64,000 bases of DNA. Source: Armatimonadota bacterium (lineage in GTDB: Bacteria; Armatimonadota; Zipacnadia; Zipacnadales; JABUFB01). The notes under the pieces were generated by a model. The model was not told the origin of the DNA and did not search any database. It saw nothing but the letters and a program-made list of their open reading frames with translations. The stretch lies in assembly GCA_013314775.1 (NCBI GenBank), contig JABUFB010000019.1, positions 3,189-67,188 of the forward strand, in the 5' to 3' direction. The position numbers and the translations under genes were made by a program. Of the stretch, positions 27,222 to 37,898 are shown piece by piece; the first letter of the stretch is position 1; each line of letters opens with the position of its first letter.

Positions 27222-27692
27222 TTACAGCTTCATCGCGTACATCACGTACTCGATGAGAGGCTCGAACCCCGCCTTCTCGTAGACGGCCCTTGCAGCGGCA
27301 TGCCCCTCGTTCAGTCCGGTACCCACCGCCGCCACTTCCATCCCGGCTTCCCGGAACCTGTTCAGCGCGAACTCCACCTGCTGCGTCCCGATGCCCCGGC
27401 CGCGGAAAGCCGGTGAAACGCCATTGTAATGGATCGTTCCGACCTTCCGGGCCGAACTCATGGCGAAGCTCACGAACCCCGCCACCTGGCCTGCCACCTC
27501 GGTCACGTAGACATTGTCCATCTCATCCCACAGGCGGCTCATGACCTTGGGTAGCAGCCAGCGATCCCAGCGCTCGTCCCCGATGGCACCATACTTTTCC
27601 TCGAGGCCGAAGTCCGAACCGATTGCCCAGATCTCCTGCACGATCTCCTGAATGCGCGGCATGTCTTGCAATGTCGCCTTGCGAATGTTCAT
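27222..27692 (-). CDS. GNAT-family N-acetyltransferase
   Basis: MNIRKAT start after AGGAGA; GVSPAFRGRGIG; AARAVYEKAGF. Confidence 0.85.
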   Translation of the reverse strand: MNIRKATLQDMPRIQEIVQEIWAIGSDFGLEEKYGAIGDERWDRWLLPKVMSRLWDEMDNVYVTEVAGQVAGFVSFAMSSARKVGTIHYNGVSPAFRGRGIGTQQVEFALNRFREAGMEVAAVGTGLNEGHAAARAVYEKAGFEPLIEYVMYAMKL

Positions 27693-27729
27693 GTCTGGGT
27701 CTCCTGTGATGTCCACGCGCTCTTGCTCC

Positions 27730-29004
27730 TCAGATGCTCGCCAGTTCCCGTCGCAGAGCCTCAACCAGCATCTCTCCGGAGCCCGGGGCCAGCTTGCTCG
27801 TCCGCTTGAGTTCCAGTTCGTAACCGCCTTCGTCGTAGTGGTGCCGGTAGCCCACATACCCGAGATGCCCGTTGGCCAGTCCGCAGAATGCCACCGGCCC
27901 GAAGCCTTCCTTCACATCAAGCCCCAGTTGGCAGAAGGGCTGGACCGATGCAGCGCCGACGCGCAGGTCTCCGATGCGCAGGGCCTGAAGCTCGCACGGA
28001 ATGCTCGTCTGCTGCCTTGTGACCTCATGCAAAAGCACCAGTTCCCGGGCGTACACGTGCTCCACGGTCTTCTCCCGCCCCCTTTGCCACAGCTCTCGCG
28101 CCTCCTGCAACTGAGGCGCGGATGGCCCTCGCAAGGGAAGCTCCAGTGTCTTGGACTTCGCTGCGGTCACAGGTTCGTACTGGTCGTCCGCGCTTTCCAG
28201 CGCCGCCAGCGCAGTACTCGCAATCGCCTGTCCTGCACGTCTTGCGGCCTCGGGGCCGAACGCGTCCTCGCGCCTGCCATTCACGAAATCACACTGGTTC
28301 ACATCGCCGATTGCCCCGGGCAGGTAGACGGTGGGCACACCCAGTGCCTGCTCGATCCAGGCCGGGTAGTCGCCCGAGTACCCATCTCCCGTCATGAACG
28401 TGGTGTGGCACGTGAAGTTAGCAATGCACCCAAAGAGCGTCCCGGACTGGTCGTACACCCCGAGCGCCGCCACCGCCGGGTCAGCCGGGCCGAGAACGTG
28501 GTCGATGTCCGGGTTCCCGTAGCCCGGATTGGTCTTCACCGAACCATTCTTCATCCGGAAACGGCGGTTGAATGCCACCCCGTGAAGTTCGCCGCATCCC
28601 ACCCGGATATGGGCCGGCCTGGCAATCCGTGACGCGACATCCACCGCACCGCAGATGGCCCTCGCGACCCGGTGCAGGTAGTCCGGGTCCGCCTCGGACA
28701 TGAGCACCTCGCCGGTCGGCCCTCCGGTGTGGGTGTGGGTCGCCGCAATGAGCATCGGCACCGGATAGCCGATAGACTCCTCCACAAGTCTGCGGGCTTC
28801 CGCAATGCTGGACGCTTCCAGGAAAACGCAGTCCACCGACACCAGCGCCAGGGCTTCGCTGCCATCGCTGAACCACGCGGCTCGGGCATAGAGCGGGTCA
28901 TGGGCGCCTGTGGCGTAGTGTTTGAAGAACCCGCCCGGCATCTCGCTGCCTGCCGCGGGAGTGATGTCGGCGCTCGCAAATCCTGCCCGGAATGCGCCCA
29001 TCAT
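27730..29004 (-). CDS. Neutral/alkaline ceramidase-like amidohydrolase
   Basis: AGFASADITP, HDPLYARA, ATHTHTGGP, FNRR, NFTCHTT, SGDYP, GAIGDVN, GGYE. Confidence 0.8.
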   Translation of the reverse strand: MMGAFRAGFASADITPAAGSEMPGGFFKHYATGAHDPLYARAAWFSDGSEALALVSVDCVFLEASSIAEARRLVEESIGYPVPMLIAATHTHTGGPTGEVLMSEADPDYLHRVARAICGAVDVASRIARPAHIRVGCGELHGVAFNRRFRMKNGSVKTNPGYGNPDIDHVLGPADPAVAALGVYDQSGTLFGCIANFTCHTTFMTGDGYSGDYPAWIEQALGVPTVYLPGAIGDVNQCDFVNGRREDAFGPEAARRAGQAIASTALAALESADDQYEPVTAAKSKTLELPLRGPSAPQLQEARELWQRGREKTVEHVYARELVLLHEVTRQQTSIPCELQALRIGDLRVGAASVQPFCQLGLDVKEGFGPVAFCGLANGHLGYVGYRHHYDEGGYELELKRTSKLAPGSGEMLVEALRRELASI

Positions 29005-29870
29005 GGCAGTTCCCGCAGGCCAAGTATCGTCGCGATATTCGCTTTCGCGTCCGTGGTGACGTCGATGGCCCCCGCGGCTGATGTGAAAAGCGTGGTAACC
29101 CCGGGACCATGTCCCGCCGTCACACAGCCGCCATGCACGACGATCCCCACGGTGACCGCGCCCGTCTTGTAAATGCGCCCGTAGGTATTGTCGGCATCCA
29201 GGATCGCGACGATATCCCCCAGGCGCAGATCAGCCAGGCCGTACTCGGCTACCACCGCGGGGTCGGAAAGCTGGACATCATAATCGCCGCGGGCCACGTT
29301 GTCGCGTCCGAGGCCGCTACCCATGATGCAGGCGGGGATAGACTTGGCCACCTTCACCTGCAACCTGCCGTCCTTGACCTTGACCTTCATCTTCTTCAGC
29401 ATGCGCGGGTCTAGATTGTTGACGCTGACTTCGGGCGCGTCCAGCAGCTTCAGGCCCATCCCGCGGCTCCATATCTGGATCTTGTTCCCATAGCGCAGCT
29501 TGCGCAGCACGGCCTCGGGGAAGTCGACGAAGACGTGCTCAATCCCGCCGTGCTTTCCGGTGACCACGCCCTTTTCGCCCTCGGCCGGACCGTCAAGCAC
29601 CACGGCCTCGTTGCCCACGCAGGCGTAGAGGTTGAGCCCGTTGTTCTTGTTGGCATCGGGGTTCTTCAGGCTGACTGCGGGCTCCAGGTGATCACACTCG
29701 AAGCCCAGAACGGGATCGCCAACTCGTACGTTGGTGCAGATTCCGCCCGTGCCGGGGAGCATCACCGGCTCGCCGTTCGGCGTGACCCTCCAAGTGCCCG
29801 GCGAAGTGGGATGACTCGGCTCGCCAACAACGGCGACTTCAACCAGCCTGTCCTCATTGGTGCGCAGCAT
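29001..29870 (-). CDS. DUF4438-family protein
   Basis: [10 protein letters not shown] start after [60 protein letters not shown]. Confidence 0.85.
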   Translation of the reverse strand: MLRTNEDRLVEVAVVGEPSHPTSPGTWRVTPNGEPVMLPGTGGICTNVRVGDPVLGFECDHLEPAVSLKNPDANKNNGLNLYACVGNEAVVLDGPAEGEKGVVTGKHGGIEHVFVDFPEAVLRKLRYGNKIQIWSRGMGLKLLDAPEVSVNNLDPRMLKKMKVKVKDGRLQVKVAKSIPACIMGSGLGRDNVARGDYDVQLSDPAVVAEYGLADLRLGDIVAILDADNTYGRIYKTGAVTVGIVVHGGCVTAGHGPGVTTLFTSAAGAIDVTTDAKANIATILGLRELP

Positions 29871-29990
29871 ATCTGGCCCTCCTTCATGGACAGCACCCCG
29901 GCCACCGGGGACGCATCTCCTGTTCGCCCTGAACTCCGCTTTACCTCCACGCGGGCAGGACTGCCGGGCTCCGCGGCGAACCGACTCCCC

Positions 29991-31928
29991 ATGACCAGTG
30001 AGCAGTCGAGACAGAGCATTATAATCGGCACCGCAGGGCATGTGGACCACGGCAAGACTGCCCTGATCCAGCGCCTCACGGGTATCAACGCCGACCGTCT
30101 CAAGGAAGAGCAGGAACGAGGCCTCACCATCGACCTCGGCTTCGCGTGGTTCGACCTGCCCTCCGGGGTGCATGCTGGGATCGTGGATGTCCCCGGCCAT
30201 GAGCGCTTCGTGAAGAATATGCTGGCAGGCGCGACGGGCATCGACCTGTTCCTGCTGGTGGTCGCCGCGGATGAGGGCGTCATGCCCCAGACCCGCGAGC
30301 ACCTCACGATTCTCGACACCCTGGAGATCGAGGCGGGCATTGTCGTCCTCACCAAGTCCGACCTGGTCGACGCCGAGATGTTGGAATTGGTGCAGGAGGA
30401 CATCGCGGAGGCGTTGGAAGGCACCGCCTTCGCCAACGCGCCGATGGTGGCGACTTCAGCCCGCACCGGCGCGGGCCTCGACGAACTCATCGGGCTCATC
30501 GAGCAGGTGGCTCTCGGGGTCTCCCCGCGTGACATTGCCGGGCCCACCCGGGTACAGGTGGACCGCGTCTTCACCATGAAGGGCTTCGGCACCGTTATCA
30601 CCGGGTCGCTCATCCGCGGCAGGCTCCGTGTGGGGCAGGAGCTGGTGGTGCTGCCTGCCGGCAGAGCCACCCGGGTCCGCAGCATTGAAGTCCACGGCAA
30701 CCATCTCGAGGAGTGCATTGCTCCGGCCCGGGTCGGAGTGAACTTGGCCGGGCTGTCCACCGACGAAGTTGAGCGCGGCGACCAGCTTGTGGCTCCTGGA
30801 AGCATGAAGCCCTCGTGGATGCTTGACGTGCGCCTGAGGTTATCGGCTGACGCGGACAGGCCGCTGGCATACCGCGAGCGCGTCCGGATTCACCACGGGG
30901 CGGCCGAGGTTCTGGGCCGTGTGGTCCTGCTGGACAGCGACTTTCTCGCGCCCGGCGACAGCGGCCTCGCACAGTTGCGCCTGGAAGCCCCGGTGGCGGC
31001 AGCTGCCGGCGACCATTTCGTGATTCGCCGCTACTCGCCCGCCCAGACCATCGGCGGCGGCGTGGTGCTCGATCCCGCGCCTGCCCGGCATCGGAGACGG
31101 CAGGTGGATGTCCTGCAGCGACTCCAGGCGCTCGAATCCGGCGCTGAGCGAGAGCGCGCCCGGGACTGGTTTGCGTCTCGCGGGGCTCAGGCAGCCTCCT
31201 CGGAAGACCTGGCCCGGGGGCTGCAGATGGACGACGACCAGGCTGAGGCCCTCGTGGATGGCCTGCTCGAGTCCGGGCAGCTTCTCCCGCTTGCTTCCGG
31301 CAGGTATCTGGACGCGGGGGTTGCCGAGCGCACCCTTGCCTCCGTAATCGGCGCCCTGGAAGCCTACCATCGAGCCAATCCGCTTCGACCCTGCATGCCT
31401 GTGCCCCGGCTCCAGACAACCCTGGGCAATCCGCCGCCCGAGACGCTGCAGTGGGCGGTTTCTGAACTGTCGGCGAAGGGCACAGTCGTCGCGGAGTCGG
31501 GCGGCGTCAGGCTTGCAAGCCACACGGCCGCAATGGGCCCGGAGCAGGAGAGTGCACTGGAGGCTCTGTACCGGTTGGCGGAAGAAGCTGCTCTGTCGCC
31601 GCCGTCCAGGGAGGAAGCCTTCGCCCTTCTGGCTCCCGCGGGAGATGCTCGATCGCTGCTGGAACTCGCCCTCAAGTCGGGCAGGCTTGTGGATGTGGGC
31701 GAGTACATCATCGCCGCCTCCGCGCTCGAACAGGCGGCCAACGCCCTGGTAGCTCTGCATGCCGAGAAGGGGCCCTTCGCCGTGGCCGATGCCCGGGATG
31801 TCTGGGGATCCAGCCGCAAGTACGTCGTACCCCTGCTCGAATACCTCGACGGGACCGGTTTTACGCGCCGCTCGGGCAACATGCGGACAGTCACGCGCTC
31901 TCCGGGGCCCCGTGAGGGCGTCCGGTAA
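29991..31928 (+). CDS. selB: Selenocysteine-specific translation elongation factor SelB
   Basis: [46 protein letters not shown]-terminal [18 protein letters not shown] winged helix. Confidence 0.95.
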   Translation: MTSEQSRQSIIIGTAGHVDHGKTALIQRLTGINADRLKEEQERGLTIDLGFAWFDLPSGVHAGIVDVPGHERFVKNMLAGATGIDLFLLVVAADEGVMPQTREHLTILDTLEIEAGIVVLTKSDLVDAEMLELVQEDIAEALEGTAFANAPMVATSARTGAGLDELIGLIEQVALGVSPRDIAGPTRVQVDRVFTMKGFGTVITGSLIRGRLRVGQELVVLPAGRATRVRSIEVHGNHLEECIAPARVGVNLAGLSTDEVERGDQLVAPGSMKPSWMLDVRLRLSADADRPLAYRERVRIHHGAAEVLGRVVLLDSDFLAPGDSGLAQLRLEAPVAAAAGDHFVIRRYSPAQTIGGGVVLDPAPARHRRRQVDVLQRLQALESGAERERARDWFASRGAQAASSEDLARGLQMDDDQAEALVDGLLESGQLLPLASGRYLDAGVAERTLASVIGALEAYHRANPLRPCMPVPRLQTTLGNPPPETLQWAVSELSAKGTVVAESGGVRLASHTAAMGPEQESALEALYRLAEEAALSPPSREEAFALLAPAGDARSLLELALKSGRLVDVGEYIIAASALEQAANALVALHAEKGPFAVADARDVWGSSRKYVVPLLEYLDGTGFTRRSGNMRTVTRSPGPREGVR

Positions 31929-31933
31929 CCGCC

Positions 31934-32590
31934 TTGACAGCGGACCGCAGGTCGGACAACCTTCCTGCAGGTGATACCGTGTTTTCATGGCTCAGACGAA
32001 GGCAAGCCGATCAGCCCCGCGGGGAGGGTCTCCCCGGGGGCTTGCTGCGGTGTCCGTCCTGCGGACAGACCTACAATCCGCGGTACATGCAGTACTGCGC
32101 CCGATGCGGTGAAGCAGTACCGGATGAGCGAGGCAAACTGCCCCGGCCCGGCCCAATGGACGGAATGGGCGCGCGAGGCGGTGCCCCGGCCGGGCTTCCG
32201 CCGGTCCAGTGGCCGGGCGCTGAGGTCGCTGCGGAGGCAGCCGCCGAACACGAGGACTGGCGACCGTCCCAGGCTGTTGAGGACATGGTGCAGGAATACC
32301 GGAACCGGCTGAACGAGACCCCCGAAGACCACAGCGCCCGGTTCGCGCTTGCCCTGGCGTACGTCTTCGCCCGGCGCTGGGAGCAGGCTGCGCGGGAGTT
32401 GGAGCTGGTCATTGAAGCCCTGCCCGAGTACGCGGACGCCCGCTATCGGCTTGCGCTTTGCCGGGCGCAATTGGGGCAGCGTGATGCGGCTGTGGAGGCC
32501 GCACGAGCCGCCATTCGTCTCGAACCACGCCAGAAGCGCTACCAGAAGCTATTGGAGTCGTTGGAGCACGAACCACGCGATGACACCTGA
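31934..32590 (+). CDS. Zinc-ribbon plus TPR protein
   Basis: CPSCG...YCARCG followed by TPR helices (PEDHSARFALALAY, PEYADARYRLA). Confidence 0.7.
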   Translation: MTADRRSDNLPAGDTVFSWLRRRQADQPRGEGLPGGLLRCPSCGQTYNPRYMQYCARCGEAVPDERGKLPRPGPMDGMGARGGAPAGLPPVQWPGAEVAAEAAAEHEDWRPSQAVEDMVQEYRNRLNETPEDHSARFALALAYVFARRWEQAARELELVIEALPEYADARYRLALCRAQLGQRDAAVEAARAAIRLEPRQKRYQKLLESLEHEPRDDT

Positions 32591-34190
32591 CGCCCCACCG
32601 CACAAGCTCTACCGACTGCTGACTCTGCCGGCCGCCGGCACTTTTCTCGCGCTGATCTCGGTGCGCCTGGGGGTGCGTGAGTTCTGGACCGACGAGATCA
32701 TCACCGCCGGGCATGTGCGAACCTTCGCGGCAACCGTCGACGCCTTCCACCCGCGCGGTTTCTACGTGCTCCTGTACGGCTGGAAGCAGATTTTCGGCGA
32801 CAGTGACCTCGCTCTGCGCGCTTTCTCTGTGCCGTGGGCGATTCTGGCGTTCCTGTTGTCCTGGGCCATTTCCTCGCGGCTGCTGAGGCCCGGCCAGACT
32901 GCGCTCGCGCTGTGGCTCATCTGCCTCTCGCCATTCCTCGTTCTGTACTTCCGTATGGCCCGGTTCTACTCGCTTGTCACGGCGCTGGTCCTGCTGGTGG
33001 CCTACTGTGCGGTGCTCGTGGCGCAGGCCGGCAAGCGTCGTCACTGGGCCGCACTTGCCCTGGTGAGTCCGTCTCTGGTATACACCAACTACCTGGCAGC
33101 GCTGCTGCTTGGACCGCTCTTCCTGTGGCTGGGCTGGATATCCTGGCGCCGGGGTCAGGTGTGGCGAGTGCTGCTTGCTATGGTGCCGACCGCCGTAGCC
33201 GCCCTGTTCGTGGGTGCCTGGGTGCTGCGCGTCGCTGACAACATCAGGGCCATCGAGTCCGGCGCAGCCCATGCATCGCTGTCGCATCTCCTGCTTCGCC
33301 TGGTGTTGCCGCCATACATTCTGGCCGTGGGGGAAACCACCGACCCCTGGCGGATCTGGATAACCGTCCCCGCCTTCGCGGCGGCGGCTGGGTTTTTCTT
33401 TCTGGGCCTGGTCTCAAGCCCCAAAGAAGCCGCCTGGGCGCCTCTGCGCTGGTCATGGCTGCTTCTGGTCGTGGTCGGGGCCGTGGTGCTGACAACTATC
33501 GCCCGCGGGGAACCCCTCTCAGCTGCCGCGCGCTCTACTGTCTTCGCCGCGCCCCTTGCATACATCCTCATGGCCGTCGGAGCAACGCGCATTCGGAGCA
33601 AGTCGCAGCGCGCCTTTGCCCTTGCGGTGGTGCTGGTGGCCGATGTCTACGGGCTGCGCAACTACTTCGCCGGAGCCCAGTTTCTCAATCCCGGGTATGC
33701 GGTGCCGTGGCGAGAGATCGTGACCTTCATCCAGCAGAGAGAGCAGCCTGGGGACCTGGTGCTCGCGTTCTTCGAGTCCACGCCGGGGCGTTACGGGGAG
33801 TTTGGGAGGTTCATCACAGGCCGGCCTGACTACGCGCCGCACGAACTGGAGCCCGTGGAGCACTGGCCCCAGGGAGGCTTCCGTCTGTGGCTCATCGGAA
33901 GGGACCGTGGCTCCGCGGAGGCCCGCCGTCTGCAGGAGACCACAGTGAAACACCTCACCCCGCGTGCTGCGCGGGTCGAGATCACGCGCTTCATGCTTTA
34001 TTCACCCGTGGACCGCAAGTTCCGCAGCTTCTTCCTGCGGCGGCCCGTGCCCGAATCCCATATCACGGTCTACCTGTTCATTCCCCCGGACAAGCCCCGC
34101 GCGCCGGAGGATGCGCCGAAGTTCCTCACCGGCGGACGCGCACCGTCTGACCAGACGCCGCCGACTCATCCAGAGCAAGACACACTCTGA
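32580..34190 (+). CDS. ArnT/PMT-like (GT39) membrane glycosyltransferase
   Basis: FWTDE, HPRGFYVLL, FGDSDLALR..S, ARFYS, YTNY; ATG at 32580 overlaps the upstream gene. Confidence 0.75.
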   Translation: MTPDAPPHKLYRLLTLPAAGTFLALISVRLGVREFWTDEIITAGHVRTFAATVDAFHPRGFYVLLYGWKQIFGDSDLALRAFSVPWAILAFLLSWAISSRLLRPGQTALALWLICLSPFLVLYFRMARFYSLVTALVLLVAYCAVLVAQAGKRRHWAALALVSPSLVYTNYLAALLLGPLFLWLGWISWRRGQVWRVLLAMVPTAVAALFVGAWVLRVADNIRAIESGAAHASLSHLLLRLVLPPYILAVGETTDPWRIWITVPAFAAAAGFFFLGLVSSPKEAAWAPLRWSWLLLVVVGAVVLTTIARGEPLSAAARSTVFAAPLAYILMAVGATRIRSKSQRAFALAVVLVADVYGLRNYFAGAQFLNPGYAVPWREIVTFIQQREQPGDLVLAFFESTPGRYGEFGRFITGRPDYAPHELEPVEHWPQGGFRLWLIGRDRGSAEARRLQETTVKHLTPRAARVEITRFMLYSPVDRKFRSFFLRRPVPESHITVYLFIPPDKPRAPEDAPKFLTGGRAPSDQTPPTHPEQDTL

Positions 34191-35142
34191 CCGTCCGCAG
34201 ACCGTCCGCGATATTCGGCTCGCAGTCGCGGCCTGACAGCGCGCAGTCCACGAAGTGGTCCACCTCCTGCTGGAATGGGTGATGAGCCACGTCACCGCTG
34301 TTGGGCAGGACGCAGGGGATTTCTATGAAGTCCGACTGTTTGGGCGCCAGCTTCCTGGACCAGATCCGGTTGTCCCGGACGGTGCCGCCAGTGCCCAGTA
34401 GCTCGATGTTGAACTGGTAGGGCCCCACAATCTCCAGGGAGGCCGATACCCGCCCCACCGCGCCGTTCTCGAAACGCAGGATGCCGGTCTCGGTCATGTC
34501 GAACTCGAACGTGTCCAGGCCCTTGCGGGCGAAGGCGGCCACTTCCACGACTTCGCTGCCCACCAGGAACCGAATCATGTCTACCGCGTGGCTGCCTCCG
34601 GCGAGCATGGCGCTGCCCGTGAACTGCCGCTTCGCGATCCATCGATCCGGGCTGATGACTCGCCCGGCGCCGTGCCAGTAGTCGGTTTGGGCGAAGATGA
34701 TGTCACCCAGCGCCCCTTGCTCCTGCAGGGCCCGGATATTGGTGACCAGCGGATTCCAGCGCAGCACGAAGCCGACCACGCTGGTGATCCCCGCCTCCTG
34801 AACCGCCGACTGGAGCGCATCGCACTCATCCTGCGTGATTGCCGGCGGCTTCTCCAGGATGATATGCTTGCCCGCCTTGCACGCCGCGATGGCGTCCGAA
34901 GCATGCAGGTAGTTGGGGGTGGTGATCGCCACTGCATCCACACGACTGTCGGCGAGGAGCGCCTCGTAGTTCGGGAACACAGTGCAGTCCAGGCCCAATT
35001 CGGCCACGAACCGCCGCGCATTGTCCGGGTTGCGGCTGGTGATGCCCACGAGTTGGGCCCGGGGGTTGCGGGTGATGGCCTTCGCGTACTCGACGGACAC
35101 CCATCCGCTGGCATTGATCGCTATTCCGAGACGGTCGGGCAT
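34126..35142 (-). CDS. Gfo/Idh/MocA-family oxidoreductase
   Basis: VDAVAITTPNYLH, GKHIILEKP, LAGGSHAVD. Confidence 0.9.
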   Translation of the reverse strand: MPDRLGIAINASGWVSVEYAKAITRNPRAQLVGITSRNPDNARRFVAELGLDCTVFPNYEALLADSRVDAVAITTPNYLHASDAIAACKAGKHIILEKPPAITQDECDALQSAVQEAGITSVVGFVLRWNPLVTNIRALQEQGALGDIIFAQTDYWHGAGRVISPDRWIAKRQFTGSAMLAGGSHAVDMIRFLVGSEVVEVAAFARKGLDTFEFDMTETGILRFENGAVGRVSASLEIVGPYQFNIELLGTGGTVRDNRIWSRKLAPKQSDFIEIPCVLPNSGDVAHHPFQQEVDHFVDCALSGRDCEPNIADGLRTVRVCLALDESAASGQTVRVRR

Positions 35143-35172
35143 GTTGACGCCTCCTGCAGTTGCGCGTTGAGC

Positions 35173-36198
35173 CTACCAGATGAGCACACCGTGGAGATCA
35201 GTGGACCAGTCAAACACCCGCGCATTTGCCTGCATAAGCGCCTGGCGCACTGCATAGTCGCGATTGGGCGCGCAATGGAAGAGCATGGCCCCACCACCTC
35301 CGGCCCCACAGACGCGCCCTCCAGTGGCTCCGGCTTTACAGGCCACGTCGAAGAGCTCCTCGATTCGGTCGTTGGTAACGTCCGGGTGCAGGCGCTTATG
35401 CAGCTCCCAGACTTCGGTGAGCATGTCGCCGAGAGCGTGCAGGCGCCCCTGAAGCAGCGCGAGTTTGATGTCTTCGGCGCAGCGACTCATGGCCTGCAGT
35501 GCCCCGATCACCACAGGGTCTTTGCGCTCGAATCCGCTGGCCACCGCGTCCAGGATAGTCTTGGCCGGCCGCGAGATGCCCGAGTAACAGACCACCAGGG
35601 ACTTCTCGAGCTCCGCGATGGCGGGTGCTCCCAGGGGGAGCCTGTCCACCTCGACATGCCAGCCGACCTGGTCGGGCCAGTAACACATGTACTTGAACCC
35701 GCCGCCGGTCACGGGCGAGTACTGGTCCTGCCAGCCATACGTGGTCCGCAGCGCAACCATCTCGCATTCCCGGGCCAGTTCGGCCATCTGATGAGCGGTG
35801 AGCTTGTACCCGGTCAAGGCGTCCAGCGCGGCGATGATGCAGGTGGCGATGGTTGAGGATGAGCCCAGACCGGCTCCCGCCGGCATCTCGGAGTACGTGG
35901 TGAGCTCGACTCCGTGCTTCAGCTGGAACCTCCGGACGATCTCCTGCGCCAGCCCGAGTTCCCCGTCGGGCGACAGCGCGTCCCTGCTTTCCACGACGAC
36001 ATGCCGATCTCCCTGGTCCGGGGCGTGGAAGACGATCAGGTCGTCGTAGCGCTCGACGCACGTGGCATAGATGTACTTGTTGATGGTAGCATTGACGATG
36101 CTCCCACCGAACTCGCGGCAGGCAGGCACATAGTCGGTCATGCCCACGAAGTCGATGCGCAAAGGTGAACGAGCCTGCACAACCCTGGCAGCGGCCAT
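35173..36198 (-). CDS. GHMP-family sugar(-phosphate) kinase (HddA/fucokinase-like)
   Basis: SPLRIDFVG.TD, PAGAGLGSSS, GWQDQY, GGRVCGAGGGG. Confidence 0.85.
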   Translation of the reverse strand: MAAARVVQARSPLRIDFVGMTDYVPACREFGGSIVNATINKYIYATCVERYDDLIVFHAPDQGDRHVVVESRDALSPDGELGLAQEIVRRFQLKHGVELTTYSEMPAGAGLGSSSTIATCIIAALDALTGYKLTAHQMAELARECEMVALRTTYGWQDQYSPVTGGGFKYMCYWPDQVGWHVEVDRLPLGAPAIAELEKSLVVCYSGISRPAKTILDAVASGFERKDPVVIGALQAMSRCAEDIKLALLQGRLHALGDMLTEVWELHKRLHPDVTNDRIEELFDVACKAGATGGRVCGAGGGGAMLFHCAPNRDYAVRQALMQANARVFDWSTDLHGVLIW

Positions 36199-36649
36199 TC
36201 TAGAACACCTCGGAGAACTTCATTGCGGTGGTGCGGGCAGGGCGGTGTCCCCACCCGACATGCGGGCTTCGGAGCGCCCGCAGAGCCTGTTCCAGCACCG
36301 AGGGACGAATCCCTCCTGTGGCTGGGGATGGTTCCGCGGGAAGGCCATAACCGTCACCAGAACGGAGCTTCAGTTTCGCCGGTGCTTCCACGTGGTCTGA
36401 TCGCTGGTCGGAGCGTATCCGGCTTTGACCAGCAGGAGTGCGGTCCCATTGCCCGCAGAGCGGGCGAGAGCCCATAGCCTGGGGCGGAAGCCTCCGGATC
36501 CACTTCCGCCGGGGGCCGCAGGCGGACGGCTCCTGCCGGAGCCTGACCGCGGCCCGGCTCCAGCACCAAGGGTACCGGGGCGCCGGCCACACACGAGGCC
36601 GGCACGCCTCTGGCCAAACCGCTGCGCCTGCGCGCCTGCGCGAAAAAGT

Positions 36650-36678
36650 TTGCCTTTACACGCCGGATCGTGTATAGT
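36650..36678 (+). promoter_or_regulatory. Sigma70 promoter of the cold-shock gene (extended -10)
   Basis: TTGCCT-17 bp-TATAGT with TG just upstream of the -10; implies a 5' UTR of about 135 nt. Confidence 0.65.
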
Positions 36679-36818
36679 AAGCGAGTTCCTGTCGGCGATA
36701 GCGGGCAGGGACTCTCAAAGGCTAGGGTGCTATTGACCGACTGGACAAGACGCTTCTCCTCCAGTAGGGGCTGCAAGTGCGTCACTAGTCAACACTGGTA
36801 GGAGGTGCGTTTGTCAAA

Positions 36819-37022
36819 ATGGCAACAGGCACCGTCAAATGGTTCAACGACGATAAGGGTTTCGGTTTCATCGAGACGGAGGGGCACGCAGACGTCTTCG
36901 TGCACTTCTCTGCTATCACCGGCGAGGGCTACCGCAGCCTGAACGAGGGCGCGAAGGTCGAGTTCGACATCGTCCCTGACGCCAAGGGCCCCCGGGCAGC
37001 CAACGTCACCGTTATCGGCTAA
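36819..37022 (+). CDS. cspA: Cold-shock protein (CspA family)
   Basis: [18 protein letters not shown]...DVFVHFSAI...[17 protein letters not shown]. Confidence 0.95.
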   Translation: MATGTVKWFNDDKGFGFIETEGHADVFVHFSAITGEGYRSLNEGAKVEFDIVPDAKGPRAANVTVIG

Positions 37023-37043
37023 GAATCCGGAAAAGCAGTCAGG

Positions 37044-37080
37044 AAACAGCCCCACCGAACACCACGGTGGGGCTGTTTTG
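37044..37080 (+). terminator. Intrinsic terminator after csp
   Basis: AACAGCCCCACCG-loop-CGGTGGGGCTGTTTT. Confidence 0.8.
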
Positions 37081-37219
37081 TACGCGCGGGCGTCTGGTTT
37101 CCCGCGCCCCGTCCCTTTGGGCGCGGCCCCTTGCCGCTGCCTGCGCCGGTGTCTATAATGGCTCAAACCCATGTTCGCGGCTCCCTCGGGGAGCCGTGTT
37201 CTTGCTAGCGGAGACGGTA

Positions 37220-37828
37220 ATGATTGCTCTCATCGACTATGGAATGGGGAATCTCGGCAGCGTCCACAAGGCGCTCCTGAGGGTGGGCTGCGAGGCGGAG
37301 ATCACCGACGATCCCGACAAGATATCCCGCGCGAAAGCCGTGGTTCTGCCCGGCGTGGGCGCCTTCGACGACTGTGTGAAGAACCTCGTGGATCGCGGCC
37401 TTGATGTGGCGGTGAAGGAGGCCGTCAACGCCGGCAAGCCATTCCTCGGGATCTGTCTGGGCTTGCAGATGCTTTTCGACAGCAGCGAGGAAGGCGGCAA
37501 GTACCCCGGTCTGGGCATCGTGCCGGGGAAGGTCGTCCGGTTCACCCACGACTTGAAAATCCCTCAGATTGGCTGGAATCAGATCTCCATCCGCAAGCAA
37601 GCGCCACATTTTGCAGGTGTGCCGGACGGTTCGTGGGTCTACTTCGTACACTCCTACTACGTGGTTCCGGAAGACGAGTCGGTGGTGGCGACGGTGACTA
37701 ACTACGGCTACGACTTCGTCAGCGCGATCTGGCAAGATAACGTCTTTGCGACCCAGTTCCATCCCGAGAAGAGCCAGGCCGTGGGGCTTCGGATTCTGGA
37801 GAACTTTGCGAATGTGGTCAACGGTTAG
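37220..37828 (+). CDS. hisH: Imidazole glycerol phosphate synthase glutaminase subunit
   Basis: MIALIDYGMGNLGSV, LPGVGAF, GICLGLQ, YFVHSY, QFHPEKS. Confidence 0.97.
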   Translation: MIALIDYGMGNLGSVHKALLRVGCEAEITDDPDKISRAKAVVLPGVGAFDDCVKNLVDRGLDVAVKEAVNAGKPFLGICLGLQMLFDSSEEGGKYPGLGIVPGKVVRFTHDLKIPQIGWNQISIRKQAPHFAGVPDGSWVYFVHSYYVVPEDESVVATVTNYGYDFVSAIWQDNVFATQFHPEKSQAVGLRILENFANVVNG

Positions 37829-37898
37829 CCGGGCCGTGGGACGTTCCCGACAAGGGAGCGCCTGCCTGAACAACCGGACCCGGTAAGGGGGTAACAGC

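Noticed and set aside
36202..36640. RNase P RNA, tmRNA or a known riboswitch
   Set aside because: Hallmark sequences (GAGGAAAGUCC, tRNA-like ends, TPP/SAM/cobalamin cores) were not found on either strand.
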